From positions 5,590,352 to 5,654,351 of the forward strand of contig OZ242029.1 in assembly GCA_965205015.1 (NCBI GenBank): a stretch of DNA of 64,000 nt. The letters run 5' to 3'. The notes beneath the pieces were generated by a model. That model had not been told where the DNA came from. It did no database searches and saw only the letters and a list, made by a program, of their open reading frames with translations. The stretch comes from Candidatus Poribacteria bacterium (GTDB lineage Bacteria > Poribacteria > WGA-4E > WGA-3G). Position numbers and translations under genes: made by a program. Position 1 is the first letter of the stretch; each line of letters starts with the position of its first letter. Below, piece after piece: positions 48,636-58,369 of the stretch.

Positions 48636-49901
48636 ATGAACATGGATACATCTCAGTTTCGTCCTCTTGATGTGGAGAGAATCCGCGCAGATTTTCCGAT
48701 TTTTGCGACGACCCCGCCGTTGGCTTTTCTCGATAACGCCGCGTCAACGCAAACACCGCGCCCGGTCGTTGAAGCGATGGATGCCTATTACGATACGTAT
48801 CGCTCCAACATCCATCGCGGTATCTACCGTATCTCAGAAGAGGCGACGGCACAGTATGAAACGGCTCGTGAGAAGGTAGCACAGCTTGTTAACGCCCCGC
48901 GGGCACGGCAGATTATCTTCACGCGGAACACGACGGAATCTATTAACCTCGTCGCTTACAGTTGGGGCAGCGCGAACATCCAAGAAGGTGACGAAATTGT
49001 TCTCACCGTCATGGAGCACCATAGCAACCTCGTGCCGTGGCAGTTGCTGGCACAGCGCACTGGCGCGGTGCTTCGGTTTATGGAGATAACTGACGAAGGG
49101 TTGCTTGACTTTACACAACTTCAGGACCTCCTCACTGAAAAAACGAAGCTTGTCGCTATAGGACATGTTTCTAATGTCCTCGGGACGATTAATCCGATAC
49201 AGTCCGTTATTACGGCTGCACACGCTGTTGGCGCAAAGGTCGTCGTCGATGCCGCACAATCGGTGCCGCATTTTCAGGTTGACGTTCAGCAGCTGGATTG
49301 CGATTTTCTTGCGTTCTCTGGACATAAAATGTGTGGTCCGACGGGTATCGGTGTCCTATACGGTAAATTGGAACTCCTTGAAGAGATGCCACCCTTCCTC
49401 GGGGGCGGTTCAATGATTCGGAGCGTCGAACGCGACATATCGAGTTACGCTGAACTCCCCGCCAAGTTCGAGGCAGGTACCCCCAGTATCGCCGAAGCGA
49501 TCGGGCTTGGACACGCAGTCGACTACATTACACAAGCAAATTTAGCAGCACTTCAGGTCCACGAACAAGAACTCCTAAAATATGCACATAATCGCTTACA
49601 AGACATCGAAGGCATTACCCTCTATGGTCCATCTTCCCCGCATCAAAAAGCCGGTGTTATCTCTTTCAATCTGGAAGGTATCCATCCGCATGACGTGGCT
49701 GGTATTTTGGACACGCACGGTATCGCTATCCGCGCAGGACACCATTGCGCACAACCGCTGATGAAGCGGTTAGATGTCATCGCTACTGTCCGCGCGAGTT
49801 TCTACCTTTATAACACAATCGAAGAAGTAGACCGGTTATACGATGGGCTGTGCAGAACACAAAAATTGATGACTCGAAGTCAAAGAAGGAGCGTGGGATG
49901 A
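48636..49901 (+). CDS. sufS: Cysteine desulfurase SufS
   Basis: LDNAASTQ, EHHSN, FSGHKMCGPTG, IRAGHHCAQP. Confidence 0.96.
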   Translation: MNMDTSQFRPLDVERIRADFPIFATTPPLAFLDNAASTQTPRPVVEAMDAYYDTYRSNIHRGIYRISEEATAQYETAREKVAQLVNAPRARQIIFTRNTTESINLVAYSWGSANIQEGDEIVLTVMEHHSNLVPWQLLAQRTGAVLRFMEITDEGLLDFTQLQDLLTEKTKLVAIGHVSNVLGTINPIQSVITAAHAVGAKVVVDAAQSVPHFQVDVQQLDCDFLAFSGHKMCGPTGIGVLYGKLELLEEMPPFLGGGSMIRSVERDISSYAELPAKFEAGTPSIAEAIGLGHAVDYITQANLAALQVHEQELLKYAHNRLQDIEGITLYGPSSPHQKAGVISFNLEGIHPHDVAGILDTHGIAIRAGHHCAQPLMKRLDVIATVRASFYLYNTIEEVDRLYDGLCRTQKLMTRSQRRSVG

Positions 49902-50284
49902 ACATATATCAGGAAGAACTGCTTGACCATTACGAAAATCCGAGTAACTATGGGACCTTGCCGAAATGTACTATTTCTCATGAAGAAGACAATCCACTTT
50001 GTGGGGATCAGATCCGCCTCGATCTCATTGTTGAAGACGACATTATTACACAGGTGCGTTTTTCCGGGCACGGTTGCACGATCAGTATAGCGGCTGCCTC
50101 TATGCTAACTGAGGAGATCGAGGGCAAAAGTCTTACGGAAGTCAAGAAACTCTCGCGAGACAACATCTTAGATATGATCGGTATCCCTTTGGGTCCCGTC
50201 CGTATCAAATGTGCGTTATTGGCTCTCAAGGTTCTCAAAGCGGGTGCCTACGGCATCAACTGTTGGCCCGGTGAGGAAAAATAA
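49898..50284 (+). CDS. sufU: SufU / NifU-like sulfur-transfer protein
   Basis: NPLCGD, GCTISIAAAS, RIKCALL; ATGA overlap with sufS. Confidence 0.92.
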   Translation: MNIYQEELLDHYENPSNYGTLPKCTISHEEDNPLCGDQIRLDLIVEDDIITQVRFSGHGCTISIAAASMLTEEIEGKSLTEVKKLSRDNILDMIGIPLGPVRIKCALLALKVLKAGAYGINCWPGEEK

Positions 50285-50335
50285 AAACAAGAACCGTTTT
50301 GTTAATTCGTTATCTTTATCCAGAAAAAGGAAACT

Positions 50336-50647
50336 ATGGCAGAATTCTATAAAGTTGCAAAAGTAAGCGAAGTGCCACCCGGCGCGAAACAATTGGTCGA
50401 AGTTGACTTCGTTCCCGTGCTACTCTTTAATGTTGATGGAGAGTTCTACGCTATGGAGGATGTTTGCACGCACGATGGCGGTCCTTTGGGGGAAGGTTGG
50501 TTCACTGGAGATGAGATAGAATGCCCCCGACACGGGGCACGTTTTTGTGTGAAAACCGGAAAGCCCCTCTGTATGCCCGCGGTCGAACCTGTCGATTGCT
50601 ACACCGTCAAAGTTGAGGACGATGACATTCTCGTCAGCGTCGACTAA
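50336..50647 (+). CDS. Rieske-type [2Fe-2S] ferredoxin
   Basis: CTH...CPRH. Confidence 0.92.
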   Translation: MAEFYKVAKVSEVPPGAKQLVEVDFVPVLLFNVDGEFYAMEDVCTHDGGPLGEGWFTGDEIECPRHGARFCVKTGKPLCMPAVEPVDCYTVKVEDDDILVSVD

Positions 50648-50677
50648 TTAATTACCCAAACTTCATAGGAGGAAATC

Positions 50678-50980
50678 TTGATGGTATCCGAAGAAAGCGT
50701 ATTAGAAAGTATCAAACAAATTATCGATCCGGAAATTGGGATCAATATCGTGGATATGGGACTTATCTACGGTGTTGACATCAACGACACGACTGTAGAC
50801 ATTACAATGACCCTCACGAGCCCTGGATGCCCCGCCGGCGGACAAATCGTGAATGGCACACAACACGTCACACAGCAGATGGACGGTGTTGAGGAAGTCA
50901 ATGTTAGTGTTGTTTGGACACCGCGTTGGACACCCGAAATGATGACTGAAGACGCAAAGGACGAACTCGGCATTTTCTAA
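50678..50980 (+). CDS. DUF59/SufT (PaaD-like) Fe-S maturation protein
   Basis: DPEIGINIVDMGLIY, TLTSPGCP, WTPRW. Confidence 0.92.
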   Translation: MMVSEESVLESIKQIIDPEIGINIVDMGLIYGVDINDTTVDITMTLTSPGCPAGGQIVNGTQHVTQQMDGVEEVNVSVVWTPRWTPEMMTEDAKDELGIF

Positions 50981-51044
50981 TGGTAGTCGGGTCTTAAAAA
51001 AAGTCACACGCGCTTTTCTTCCGTCGTGTGCCGCAGCTTGCATT

Positions 51045-51404
51045 ATGAACAGGTTAGCGAAACAACCGAAACGCCTCAAGAAACATCCCGACGCCTTTCA
51101 GGTAGAGTGGAAGGATGGCCATGTCAGTTGGTATCCATACGTCTATCTCCGACAGATGTGTCCATGTGCTGAATGCGCTACCATCCGGCACAGAGGTAGA
51201 GATGTCCATTCCCTCTTTTCACCGCAAGGCGACGGAGATATAACCCTCATTGAGGTCTCAGACGATATTCAACCCCTTGACATCCAATTAGTCGGTCGTT
51301 ACGCACTCCAGTTCAGTTGGAACGATGGCCACAATACAGGCATTTACCCATTTGAAGTCCTGCGCGAGACGTGTCCCTGTCCGGAATGTGCCCCCCCTTT
51401 ATGA
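51045..51404 (+). CDS. DUF971 (GBBH-N-like) protein
   Basis: WKDGH, LRQMCPCAEC, VGRYALQFSWNDGHNTGIY; second CPCPEC. Confidence 0.88.
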   Translation: MNRLAKQPKRLKKHPDAFQVEWKDGHVSWYPYVYLRQMCPCAECATIRHRGRDVHSLFSPQGDGDITLIEVSDDIQPLDIQLVGRYALQFSWNDGHNTGIYPFEVLRETCPCPECAPPL

Positions 51405-51441
51405 ACAGACACCTATTTAAACGGAGGAAGAAAATTAAGCA

Positions 51442-51777
51442 ATGCAGATTACGCCGTCACTTCCTGAAATTTCCTCACAAGAACTGAAACAGAAAATCGA
51501 CAAAAACGAATCCGTGTTTTTATTGGATGTCCGAGAACCGAGCGAATATGACATTGTGCATCTTGAAGGGGCACAACTCATACCGCTTAATACATTGCCA
51601 CACCACATCGAGCGTCTTCCATCAGACCAAGAAATAGTCGTCTATTGCCACCACGGGACGCGGAGCCTTTATGCAACCGCCTACTTACATCAAAATGGAT
51701 TTACTGACGCAAAGAACCTCATAGGCGGGATTGACCAATGGGCATCCGAGATTGATCCAACCCTACAGAGATATTAA
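51442..51777 (+). CDS. Rhodanese-like sulfurtransferase
   Basis: LLDVREPSEY, VYCHHGTRS, NLIGGIDQW. Confidence 0.9.
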   Translation: MQITPSLPEISSQELKQKIDKNESVFLLDVREPSEYDIVHLEGAQLIPLNTLPHHIERLPSDQEIVVYCHHGTRSLYATAYLHQNGFTDAKNLIGGIDQWASEIDPTLQRY

Positions 51778-51790
51778 GAGGAGAACAGAC

Positions 51791-51970
51791 ATGATCGTCG
51801 AATTTGAAAACCGTTCAGGCGAAATCGAACAAGCCGAAATGGAAATTGATGAACCGTGTCCTATCTGTTGTGGGATGCTCTTCCCGCTTGTGGAATCCCA
51901 ACCAGAGAGCGGATACCGCTGCAGTAGTTGTGGACTCGTCTTTTCTTCTGTAGAAGAAGAGTTTTTTTAA
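51791..51970 (+). CDS. Small acidic Cys-rich zinc-ribbon-like protein (59 aa)
   Basis: GAGGAG RBS; CPICC...CSSC. Confidence 0.72.
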   Translation: MIVEFENRSGEIEQAEMEIDEPCPICCGMLFPLVESQPESGYRCSSCGLVFSSVEEEFF

Positions 51971-51977
51971 GATAAAA

Positions 51978-53066
51978 TTAAATATTCCGAAAGTCTGGGA
52001 CTTCTATGGGTGTTCCACCGTTCGCAATGGACTGCTCCGAAACCAAACCCGGCACTGTGAAATCCATCGCCGTATAGACATCCATCGGTGGTGGCGTGTC
52101 GGTGAGGACGCTATCCACAAAATCCCGCACTTTAAAATACTCTCCGAGGTCTCCGGCATTTTCTGCTTCAGCAGGCGGATTTTTCCACCGTTCGGGCAAA
52201 CAGTCTTCAAACTGCGAGAGCGGTCGCCACTGCTCAGTCACCGAGAACTCATCCAACCAAATCTTTGGGGCAGCGTTGAGCCCACGCGAACCTTCATAGC
52301 ACCCTTTCGTCCCTTGCAAACTGAAATAGGAATTCGCAGGACGATTCGAGAGCATGTCAATCCGAATTTTAATTAATCCACCACAATCCGTCTTACACAG
52401 CATCATCACCGTATCCTCCATCGCGTGTTCAGGATCGGTATTGACACCCGTTCCGAGACAACAGACACTCGCGACGCGACTCCCAAACCACTGAAGCACA
52501 GGACCGAGACTGTGTGTTGCATAGTTGCACCGATTAATGCCGACCTGCCAGTAGTAACGCCACGTCGGATTGCCCTCTGCATCGTGGTGGAGCGACTTGA
52601 TGTTGTGGAGGTACTCCCCCTCTCCGAAATAGACATCGCCGAACATGCCTGTCTCTACCATACTCCGGATGAGGACATTCGACTTAGAATAGCACGTATT
52701 TTCAGCCATTGTGTATTTGGCAGATGCTTTCCGAACCGCCCGAACCAAGTCGTAACACTCCTCCAATTTGACAGCAGCAGTTACCTCACTGATAACGTGC
52801 TTCCCCGCTTCTAACGCTTCGATTGACTGCGGCACATGTAGATTTTCAGGTGTCGCGAGGACAACAAGATCTACCGCATCCAGCATCGCTGTATAATCCG
52901 TAAACTGTTGAGGAACATCAAACCGCTCAGCAACGTTCTGGAGGGTCTCCTCATTGATGTCACAAACCGCTGTCACATCGGTTTCTGCTATCGCTCGAAA
53001 CGGTTGAAAATAAGAACTCCCACGGTGTGCTCCAACAATCCCCACTTTCAGTTGATTCGCCATCAC
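51978..53066 (-). CDS. Gfo/Idh/MocA oxidoreductase (GH109-like features)
   Basis: VGIVGA, KHVISEV, GEGEYLH, YATHSLGP. Confidence 0.88.
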   Translation of the reverse strand: MMANQLKVGIVGAHRGSSYFQPFRAIAETDVTAVCDINEETLQNVAERFDVPQQFTDYTAMLDAVDLVVLATPENLHVPQSIEALEAGKHVISEVTAAVKLEECYDLVRAVRKASAKYTMAENTCYSKSNVLIRSMVETGMFGDVYFGEGEYLHNIKSLHHDAEGNPTWRYYWQVGINRCNYATHSLGPVLQWFGSRVASVCCLGTGVNTDPEHAMEDTVMMLCKTDCGGLIKIRIDMLSNRPANSYFSLQGTKGCYEGSRGLNAAPKIWLDEFSVTEQWRPLSQFEDCLPERWKNPPAEAENAGDLGEYFKVRDFVDSVLTDTPPPMDVYTAMDFTVPGLVSEQSIANGGTPIEVPDFRNI

Positions 53067-53398
53067 GTTTCTCCTTCCATTTCGACGTAACTCCGGAAAC
53101 TGAAATTAACTCTATAAAAGACTATAACGGTAGCATAGCATATTGGGTGCAATTTATCAGCAAAATTTTCGGTCGCTTTAACCTTCAAACCACACCTATA
53201 TTGGACGTTGCCCTCACCATTTTCATTTGCCAGTACGGCACAGATTTGATATACTTAACGCGGTTGCTGAAGTACCATTGATAAGGCTTCAAAGCGCACC
53301 TCAGCACAGTAGTATACAAGAAAAAAATAACACGAGAGGCAAATTGAACGCAGCCTATGCTTCAACATGGGCTTGCAAACTGCATCCTACATCAGACA

Positions 53399-54925
53399 AT
53401 GAACAACAAAACGCTCGATCATTTGCTTATCGCGATCACAGTTTTATTAGACATCTGCTTCATCGCCACCGCAATTGTCGTAGCATATTGGGTCCGGTTC
53501 GAATCGGGTTGGACACCTGAAGTCCTGTCCCTGCACAAAGGGGGTTCGCCTCCTCTTGACGACTATTTTCGACTTATCCCGCTGATGGTGATTATCTGGC
53601 TCATGACGTTGAAAGCCCTAAAACTCTATCGCCCAGAAAGCAACGCGACGTTTTCAGCGTTTTGGACCCTCTGTAAAGCCACTGGTATCTCGCTCATCGG
53701 CACGTTAGCCGCACTCTTTTTCATCTATCACCACGATGCCTACTCGCGCTGGGTTATGCTTTTGGCATCAGGTTTCAGCCTCGTAGGGTTGTTCTTGGGT
53801 CGATGGGGCCTTCACCGTTTCCGACAATCAATTCACGCCCAAGGCGTCGGCGTAAATCGACTGGCAATCGTCGGAGCCTACGATGCCCGCGTCGAAAAGT
53901 TCATCAACATCCTGAATGCGAAAGCGGATAGCGGCTACGAAGTGGTAGGGATAATCGATGAAACAGCAGTCAGCATTGTCCCGCAGGTTTCCCACACGCG
54001 GCTTGCGTCACAGCCAGTAACCAGTCAAGAAAAGTTTGTGGCAGTCCATAGTCAGCAACCGCTACATGCTGAAAACCGAAAATCGAAAGCCGAAAGCCAA
54101 TTACAGTCCCTTGGGAAAAACCAAGACATCCTTGAATTGGTGCGGACACATCGACTTGATACGCTTTTCATCGTATCACCGACGGTACCGAATGACACCA
54201 TCCTGCAGATTCTTCATGCCTGTGAAGGCGTGCCAGTCCAAATCAATGTCCTGCCCGAACTCTCCGAATTCATCAGGGACAGCAGGAACACGATTACCTT
54301 TTTTGATGATATACCCGTGCTACAATTAAGGGAGACACCGATGCAAGGGGGACGCGGCATTGTTAAGCGTCTTATAGACATCGTCCTTAGTGCCTCGGCA
54401 TTGATAGTCTTAAGCCCGCTCCTGTTAATAATTGCGATTGCCATACGCCTAACTTCACCCGGCAGAGCGATTTTCCATCAAGAACGGGTCGGTAGAGGTG
54501 GAAATCCGTTCCGCATCTATAAATTCCGTTCCATGCGCGCCGATGCCGAGAAAAAAGTTGGACATGTATGGGCAAAAAGCGATGATCCCCGGCAAACCCC
54601 ACTTGGAAAATTCCTGAGACGCTGGAGTTTAGACGAACTACCCCAATTCCTCAATGTCCTCAAGGGTGATATGAGCCTCGTCGGTCCCCGTCCAGAGATG
54701 TCCGGATTAATTGATACGTTCAGTGAATCGATTCCGCACTATCTCGCTCGGCAGCGCGTTAAATCTGGTATGACCGGGTGGGCACAAGTCAACGGCTTAC
54801 GCGGTAATACCTCCCTTGAAGAACGGATCTCTTACGACCGATATTACATCGAAAATTGGTCTCTCGGCTTGGACATCAAAATCATCTTGAAAACACTATG
54901 GGCAATTAAAAAAGGTTCGCGCTGA
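53399..54925 (+). CDS. wcaJ: Undecaprenyl-phosphate glucose phosphotransferase (WcaJ/WbaP family)
   Basis: Four N-terminal TMs; KRLIDI, YKFRSM, SLDELPQ, SLVGPRPE, GMTGWAQVNG. Confidence 0.88.
   Translation: MNNKTLDHLLIAITVLLDICFIATAIVVAYWVRFESGWTPEVLSLHKGGSPPLDDYFRLIPLMVIIWLMTLKALKLYRPESNATFSAFWTLCKATGISLIGTLAALFFIYHHDAYSRWVMLLASGFSLVGLFLGRWGLHRFRQSIHAQGVGVNRLAIVGAYDARVEKFINILNAKADSGYEVVGIIDETAVSIVPQVSHTRLASQPVTSQEKFVAVHSQQPLHAENRKSKAESQLQSLGKNQDILELVRTHRLDTLFIVSPTVPNDTILQILHACEGVPVQINVLPELSEFIRDSRNTITFFDDIPVLQLRETPMQGGRGIVKRLIDIVLSASALIVLSPLLLIIAIAIRLTSPGRAIFHQERVGRGGNPFRIYKFRSMRADAEKKVGHVWAKSDDPRQTPLGKFLRRWSLDELPQFLNVLKGDMSLVGPRPEMSGLIDTFSESIPHYLARQRVKSGMTGWAQVNGLRGNTSLEERISYDRYYIENWSLGLDIKIILKTLWAIKKGSR
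53964..54099. repeat. Heptamer-armed element, in frame in wcaJ (~45-aa insert)
   Basis: gcagtcagca...cagtcaaga...gcaaccg...gctgaaaaccgaaaatcgaaagccgaaagcc; resembles the intergenic copy at 54928-55008. Confidence 0.65.
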
Positions 54926-55020
54926 AATAGCAGTCAGCAGTCAGTCAAGAGCGGTTCGTGCCAATAAGTGATACGCAACCGTCATACATGGATAGCCGGT
55001 GACTACCTCAGTGAATCCTG

Positions 55021-56055
55021 CTATCTATGAAAATACCGCCTTACAAAGGGCCACGCGCCCGCTTTGTAATAGCGGTGTCCACCCTCCCCGATGAAGAGCT
55101 CACACCTATCCGCAACGCCAGCAACCGTGTAGATAGTCTTCAACCGTTCATAAGCCAACTCAACGTGATCTATCGGGAAAATCCCGTCACCTCGTCCCGC
55201 AATCGCACAAAACGGACGCGGTGCGATTAAGCCTGCGACATCGTACATCTCCCCAAGTCGCATAACCCCTGGTACATAGTTGCATTCACAATGCCGGATC
55301 ATGCCAATGCTCCCTTCAAACGTACAGAAATAGCAACTCGGCACAGCAACTGCTATGCGGGTTTCGCATGCAGCGGCGAAAAGCGATACCGTCCCACCGC
55401 CGGAGTTCCCAGTAATCGCGATACGTTCAGCATCTATCGGTAAATCCTCTATCGCCCAATCAATGAGGCGTGACATATCCCATACCCGCTCACCGATCGG
55501 GGTCCGTCCAACGAGTATGCAATGAACCAACTGGTGTCGGCAGGAGTGTGTATTATTCGCCTGCTTATCCGCTGCTGTGCGCGTCTCACCAAACGCCCGC
55601 GTCGTCGGGGCAATAGCAATATATCCCTCCTCAACGGCTGCCTGTCGAGCGATGTCCCGTTCCCCTTCCAGCATGTGTTCTTCCTCCGCTTCCGTGTGTG
55701 CAATGCCAGCGTAGAGATGCGGATGGTTATGTCCATGCGGAGCGAGGATCAGGGGCACCTTACCTTCAATCGTTTTCGGACGCAGGAGGTAAAACGGCAG
55801 CGGCACTGTCGGCTCGACCCACAGATACCAACTTTCTCGGAAATGCGTATCCATATCCAAGACTTCAAGTTGTTCCGCTTTCGGGACGTACCCTTCCAGA
55901 TCGGATTCCATATTGTCCAAACCGAGGATTTCCCGCAACTTCGGACGAAAAAGTGCCTGCCATGTCAACAACCCTTCCCGGGTGGTCTCATGGAATTCAT
56001 ACTGTCTCGGCACGGTATCGTATAAATTTTTAAAATGTGTTTCAGCGTTGTACAC
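55021..56055 (-). CDS. Alpha/beta hydrolase (dienelactone hydrolase / acetylesterase-like)
   Basis: PHGH, GNSGGG nucleophile elbow, DGIFP, GGHRY. Confidence 0.85.
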   Translation of the reverse strand: MYNAETHFKNLYDTVPRQYEFHETTREGLLTWQALFRPKLREILGLDNMESDLEGYVPKAEQLEVLDMDTHFRESWYLWVEPTVPLPFYLLRPKTIEGKVPLILAPHGHNHPHLYAGIAHTEAEEEHMLEGERDIARQAAVEEGYIAIAPTTRAFGETRTAADKQANNTHSCRHQLVHCILVGRTPIGERVWDMSRLIDWAIEDLPIDAERIAITGNSGGGTVSLFAAACETRIAVAVPSCYFCTFEGSIGMIRHCECNYVPGVMRLGEMYDVAGLIAPRPFCAIAGRGDGIFPIDHVELAYERLKTIYTVAGVADRCELFIGEGGHRYYKAGAWPFVRRYFHR

Positions 56056-56086
56056 TGTTTAATCCTCCATAAAAAAATCAATTCAC

Positions 56087-56149
56087 TTGACAATATTTGG
56101 AATGTTGCTATAATGCCACAATCATAGACGACACCCCTATACTTGTCAA
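56087..56149. promoter_or_regulatory. Overlapping divergent sigma70 promoters
   Basis: Plus strand: TTGACA(56087)-N16-TATAAT(56109). Minus strand: TTGACA(56149)-N17-TATGAT(56126). Confidence 0.65.
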
Positions 56150-56276
56150 TTCAATTTACGGGACCGTTCTGCCAACAAACTCAAACCTTTCATTAGCGAA
56201 TTGTAGCACAAACTGTTAGTTTGCCCCATACTCCGCTCGGAAATCAACATCCGATGGCACTTATTATTTTACGTTC

Positions 56277-58349
56277 ATGCAAGAAGACTTTATGAAAATC
56301 CAAGCATCCTATCTGAAGTCAAGCAGGTTGTTAGGTGCCCTATTACCTTTTTTGTTCATACTGCTTCACTTTGTGGGCTGTGTGGGTATCTTTTCAGTCC
56401 ATAAGAAACAAAAGGGTATTATGAAAACGCGCGCCTCCCATACAACGTGGGGTTTACCCGAAGGAGTCAAAGCGCGCCTCAATAAAGGCTCGATAATTGA
56501 TATCGAGTATTCCCCGGACGGCACACTCCTTGCGGTATCGGGGACTATCGGCATTTGGCTGTACGATGCCCAAACCGGCGAAGAACGCAATCTGCTCACC
56601 GGGCATACGGATTATGTCAGTAGTATCGCATTTAGTCCGGATAGTCAGACGCTCGCAAGTTGTGGTCTTGACGAAACTGTCCGTTTATGGGATGTAAAAA
56701 GGGGGCATCTCCTGCACACACTCAAGGGACATACGGATTGGGTCAGAAGTGTTTTGTTTAGTCCCGATGGTCAGACACTGGCAAGCTGGGGTACAGACAA
56801 AACCATCTGTTTATGGGATGTTCAGAATGGAGGTTCCCTGCGTACACTCCCAGAGTATCCGCTCCGTGGTATCGTTAGCATGGCGTTTAGTCCGGATAGT
56901 CAGACGCTCGCAAGTAATAGTGCAAAAACTATTTATTTATGGGATGTAAAGAGGAGGAGTCTCCTGCGAACAATTAGAGGGCATACGGATTCGATCAGAA
57001 GTATGTCCTTTAGTCCTGATGGACAGATGCTCGCAAGTTGGAGTAAGGACAGAACTGTCGATTTATGGGATGTAGAGACTGGTAGTCTTTTGCACACGCT
57101 CACAGGACATACCGAGGGTGTCAGAAGCGTTTTGTTTAGTCCTGATGGTCAGACGCTTGCCAGCGGAAGTGAGGACAGAACTGTCCGTTTATGGGATGTA
57201 AGGAGTGGCGGTCTCTTACGGACCCTCACTGGGCATACAAGGTATGTCAATAGCATATCGTTTAGTCCTGATGGTGAGGTGGTCGCAAGCGGGAGTGGAG
57301 ACAAACTTATCCGTTTATGGGATGTAAAGAGTGGCGGTCTTTTACGGACCCTCACTGGGCATACGAGGGGTATAAATAAAGTGGTGTTTAGTCCCGATGG
57401 ACAGATGCTCCTAAGCACGAGTGAAGACCAAACGCTCCGTTTATGGAATATAAGGAGTGGGCATCCCATGCGAACGATCACAGGACACATATATCAAGTC
57501 ATGAGCGTGGCATTTAGTCCCGATGGACAGATGCTCGCAGATAGCGGAGCTTACCACAGAACTATCAATTTATGGGATGTCCGGACTGGCAACCTTCTGC
57601 ACACACTTAGGGGGCATACGAATAGTCATATTCGTGTGGCGTTTAGTTCTGATGGCAAGACGCTCGCAAGCGGAGGTGGGGACGAGACCGTCCGCTTATG
57701 GAATGTCCGGACCGGCAACCTCCTGTGGACCCTCATGGAGCATACGGAGTATATCACCAGCGTAGCATTCAGTCCCGATGGACAGACACTCGCAAGTGGG
57801 AGTTTTGATCAAACGATTCGTTTATGGAATGTCCGGACCGGCAACCTCCAGCGGATCCTCACTGGGCATACACATTATATTGGTAGCGTGGCATTTAGTC
57901 CCGATGGACAAACACTCGCAAGTGGTGGTAAAGACCTAACTGTCCGTTTATGGAATATTCACACTGGCGACCTTCTGCAAACCCTCACGGAGCACAAGGG
58001 TTATATCAATAGTATGTCGTTCAGCCCCGATGGACAGACACTCGCAAGTGGGAGTCAGGATAGAACGATTCGTTTATGGGATGTAAGGAGTGGGAGTCTC
58101 CTACGGTCCCTCACTGGACATACACATTATATTGGTAGCATGGCGTTTAGTCCCGATGGTCGAACGCTTGCAAGTGGGAGTCATGACAAAACGATTTGTT
58201 TATGGGATGTCCACACTGGCGACCTTCTGCAAACCCTCACTGGACATACAGGGGATGTCGTTAGCGTGGCGTTCAGCCCCGATGGACAGACACTCGCAAG
58301 TGGAAGTTGGGATGGCACAGTGTTGTTGTGGGACCTTGCAGGGAAATAA
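56277..58349 (+). CDS. WD40-repeat protein (~15 repeats), possible lipoprotein
   Basis: 15 (F/Y)SPD-type GH...WD repeats; FVGC lipobox-like signal; LPEGVKARL cap. Confidence 0.93.
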   Translation: MQEDFMKIQASYLKSSRLLGALLPFLFILLHFVGCVGIFSVHKKQKGIMKTRASHTTWGLPEGVKARLNKGSIIDIEYSPDGTLLAVSGTIGIWLYDAQTGEERNLLTGHTDYVSSIAFSPDSQTLASCGLDETVRLWDVKRGHLLHTLKGHTDWVRSVLFSPDGQTLASWGTDKTICLWDVQNGGSLRTLPEYPLRGIVSMAFSPDSQTLASNSAKTIYLWDVKRRSLLRTIRGHTDSIRSMSFSPDGQMLASWSKDRTVDLWDVETGSLLHTLTGHTEGVRSVLFSPDGQTLASGSEDRTVRLWDVRSGGLLRTLTGHTRYVNSISFSPDGEVVASGSGDKLIRLWDVKSGGLLRTLTGHTRGINKVVFSPDGQMLLSTSEDQTLRLWNIRSGHPMRTITGHIYQVMSVAFSPDGQMLADSGAYHRTINLWDVRTGNLLHTLRGHTNSHIRVAFSSDGKTLASGGGDETVRLWNVRTGNLLWTLMEHTEYITSVAFSPDGQTLASGSFDQTIRLWNVRTGNLQRILTGHTHYIGSVAFSPDGQTLASGGKDLTVRLWNIHTGDLLQTLTEHKGYINSMSFSPDGQTLASGSQDRTIRLWDVRSGSLLRSLTGHTHYIGSMAFSPDGRTLASGSHDKTICLWDVHTGDLLQTLTGHTGDVVSVAFSPDGQTLASGSWDGTVLLWDLAGK

Positions 58350-58369
58350 AATAACGAAAGGATTTCTTT

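Noticed and set aside
56277-58349. Diversity-generating retroelement TR/VR pair among the WD40 repeats
   Set aside because: No reverse transcriptase is present and the differences are not adenine-specific by eye; all copies are in-frame protein repeats.
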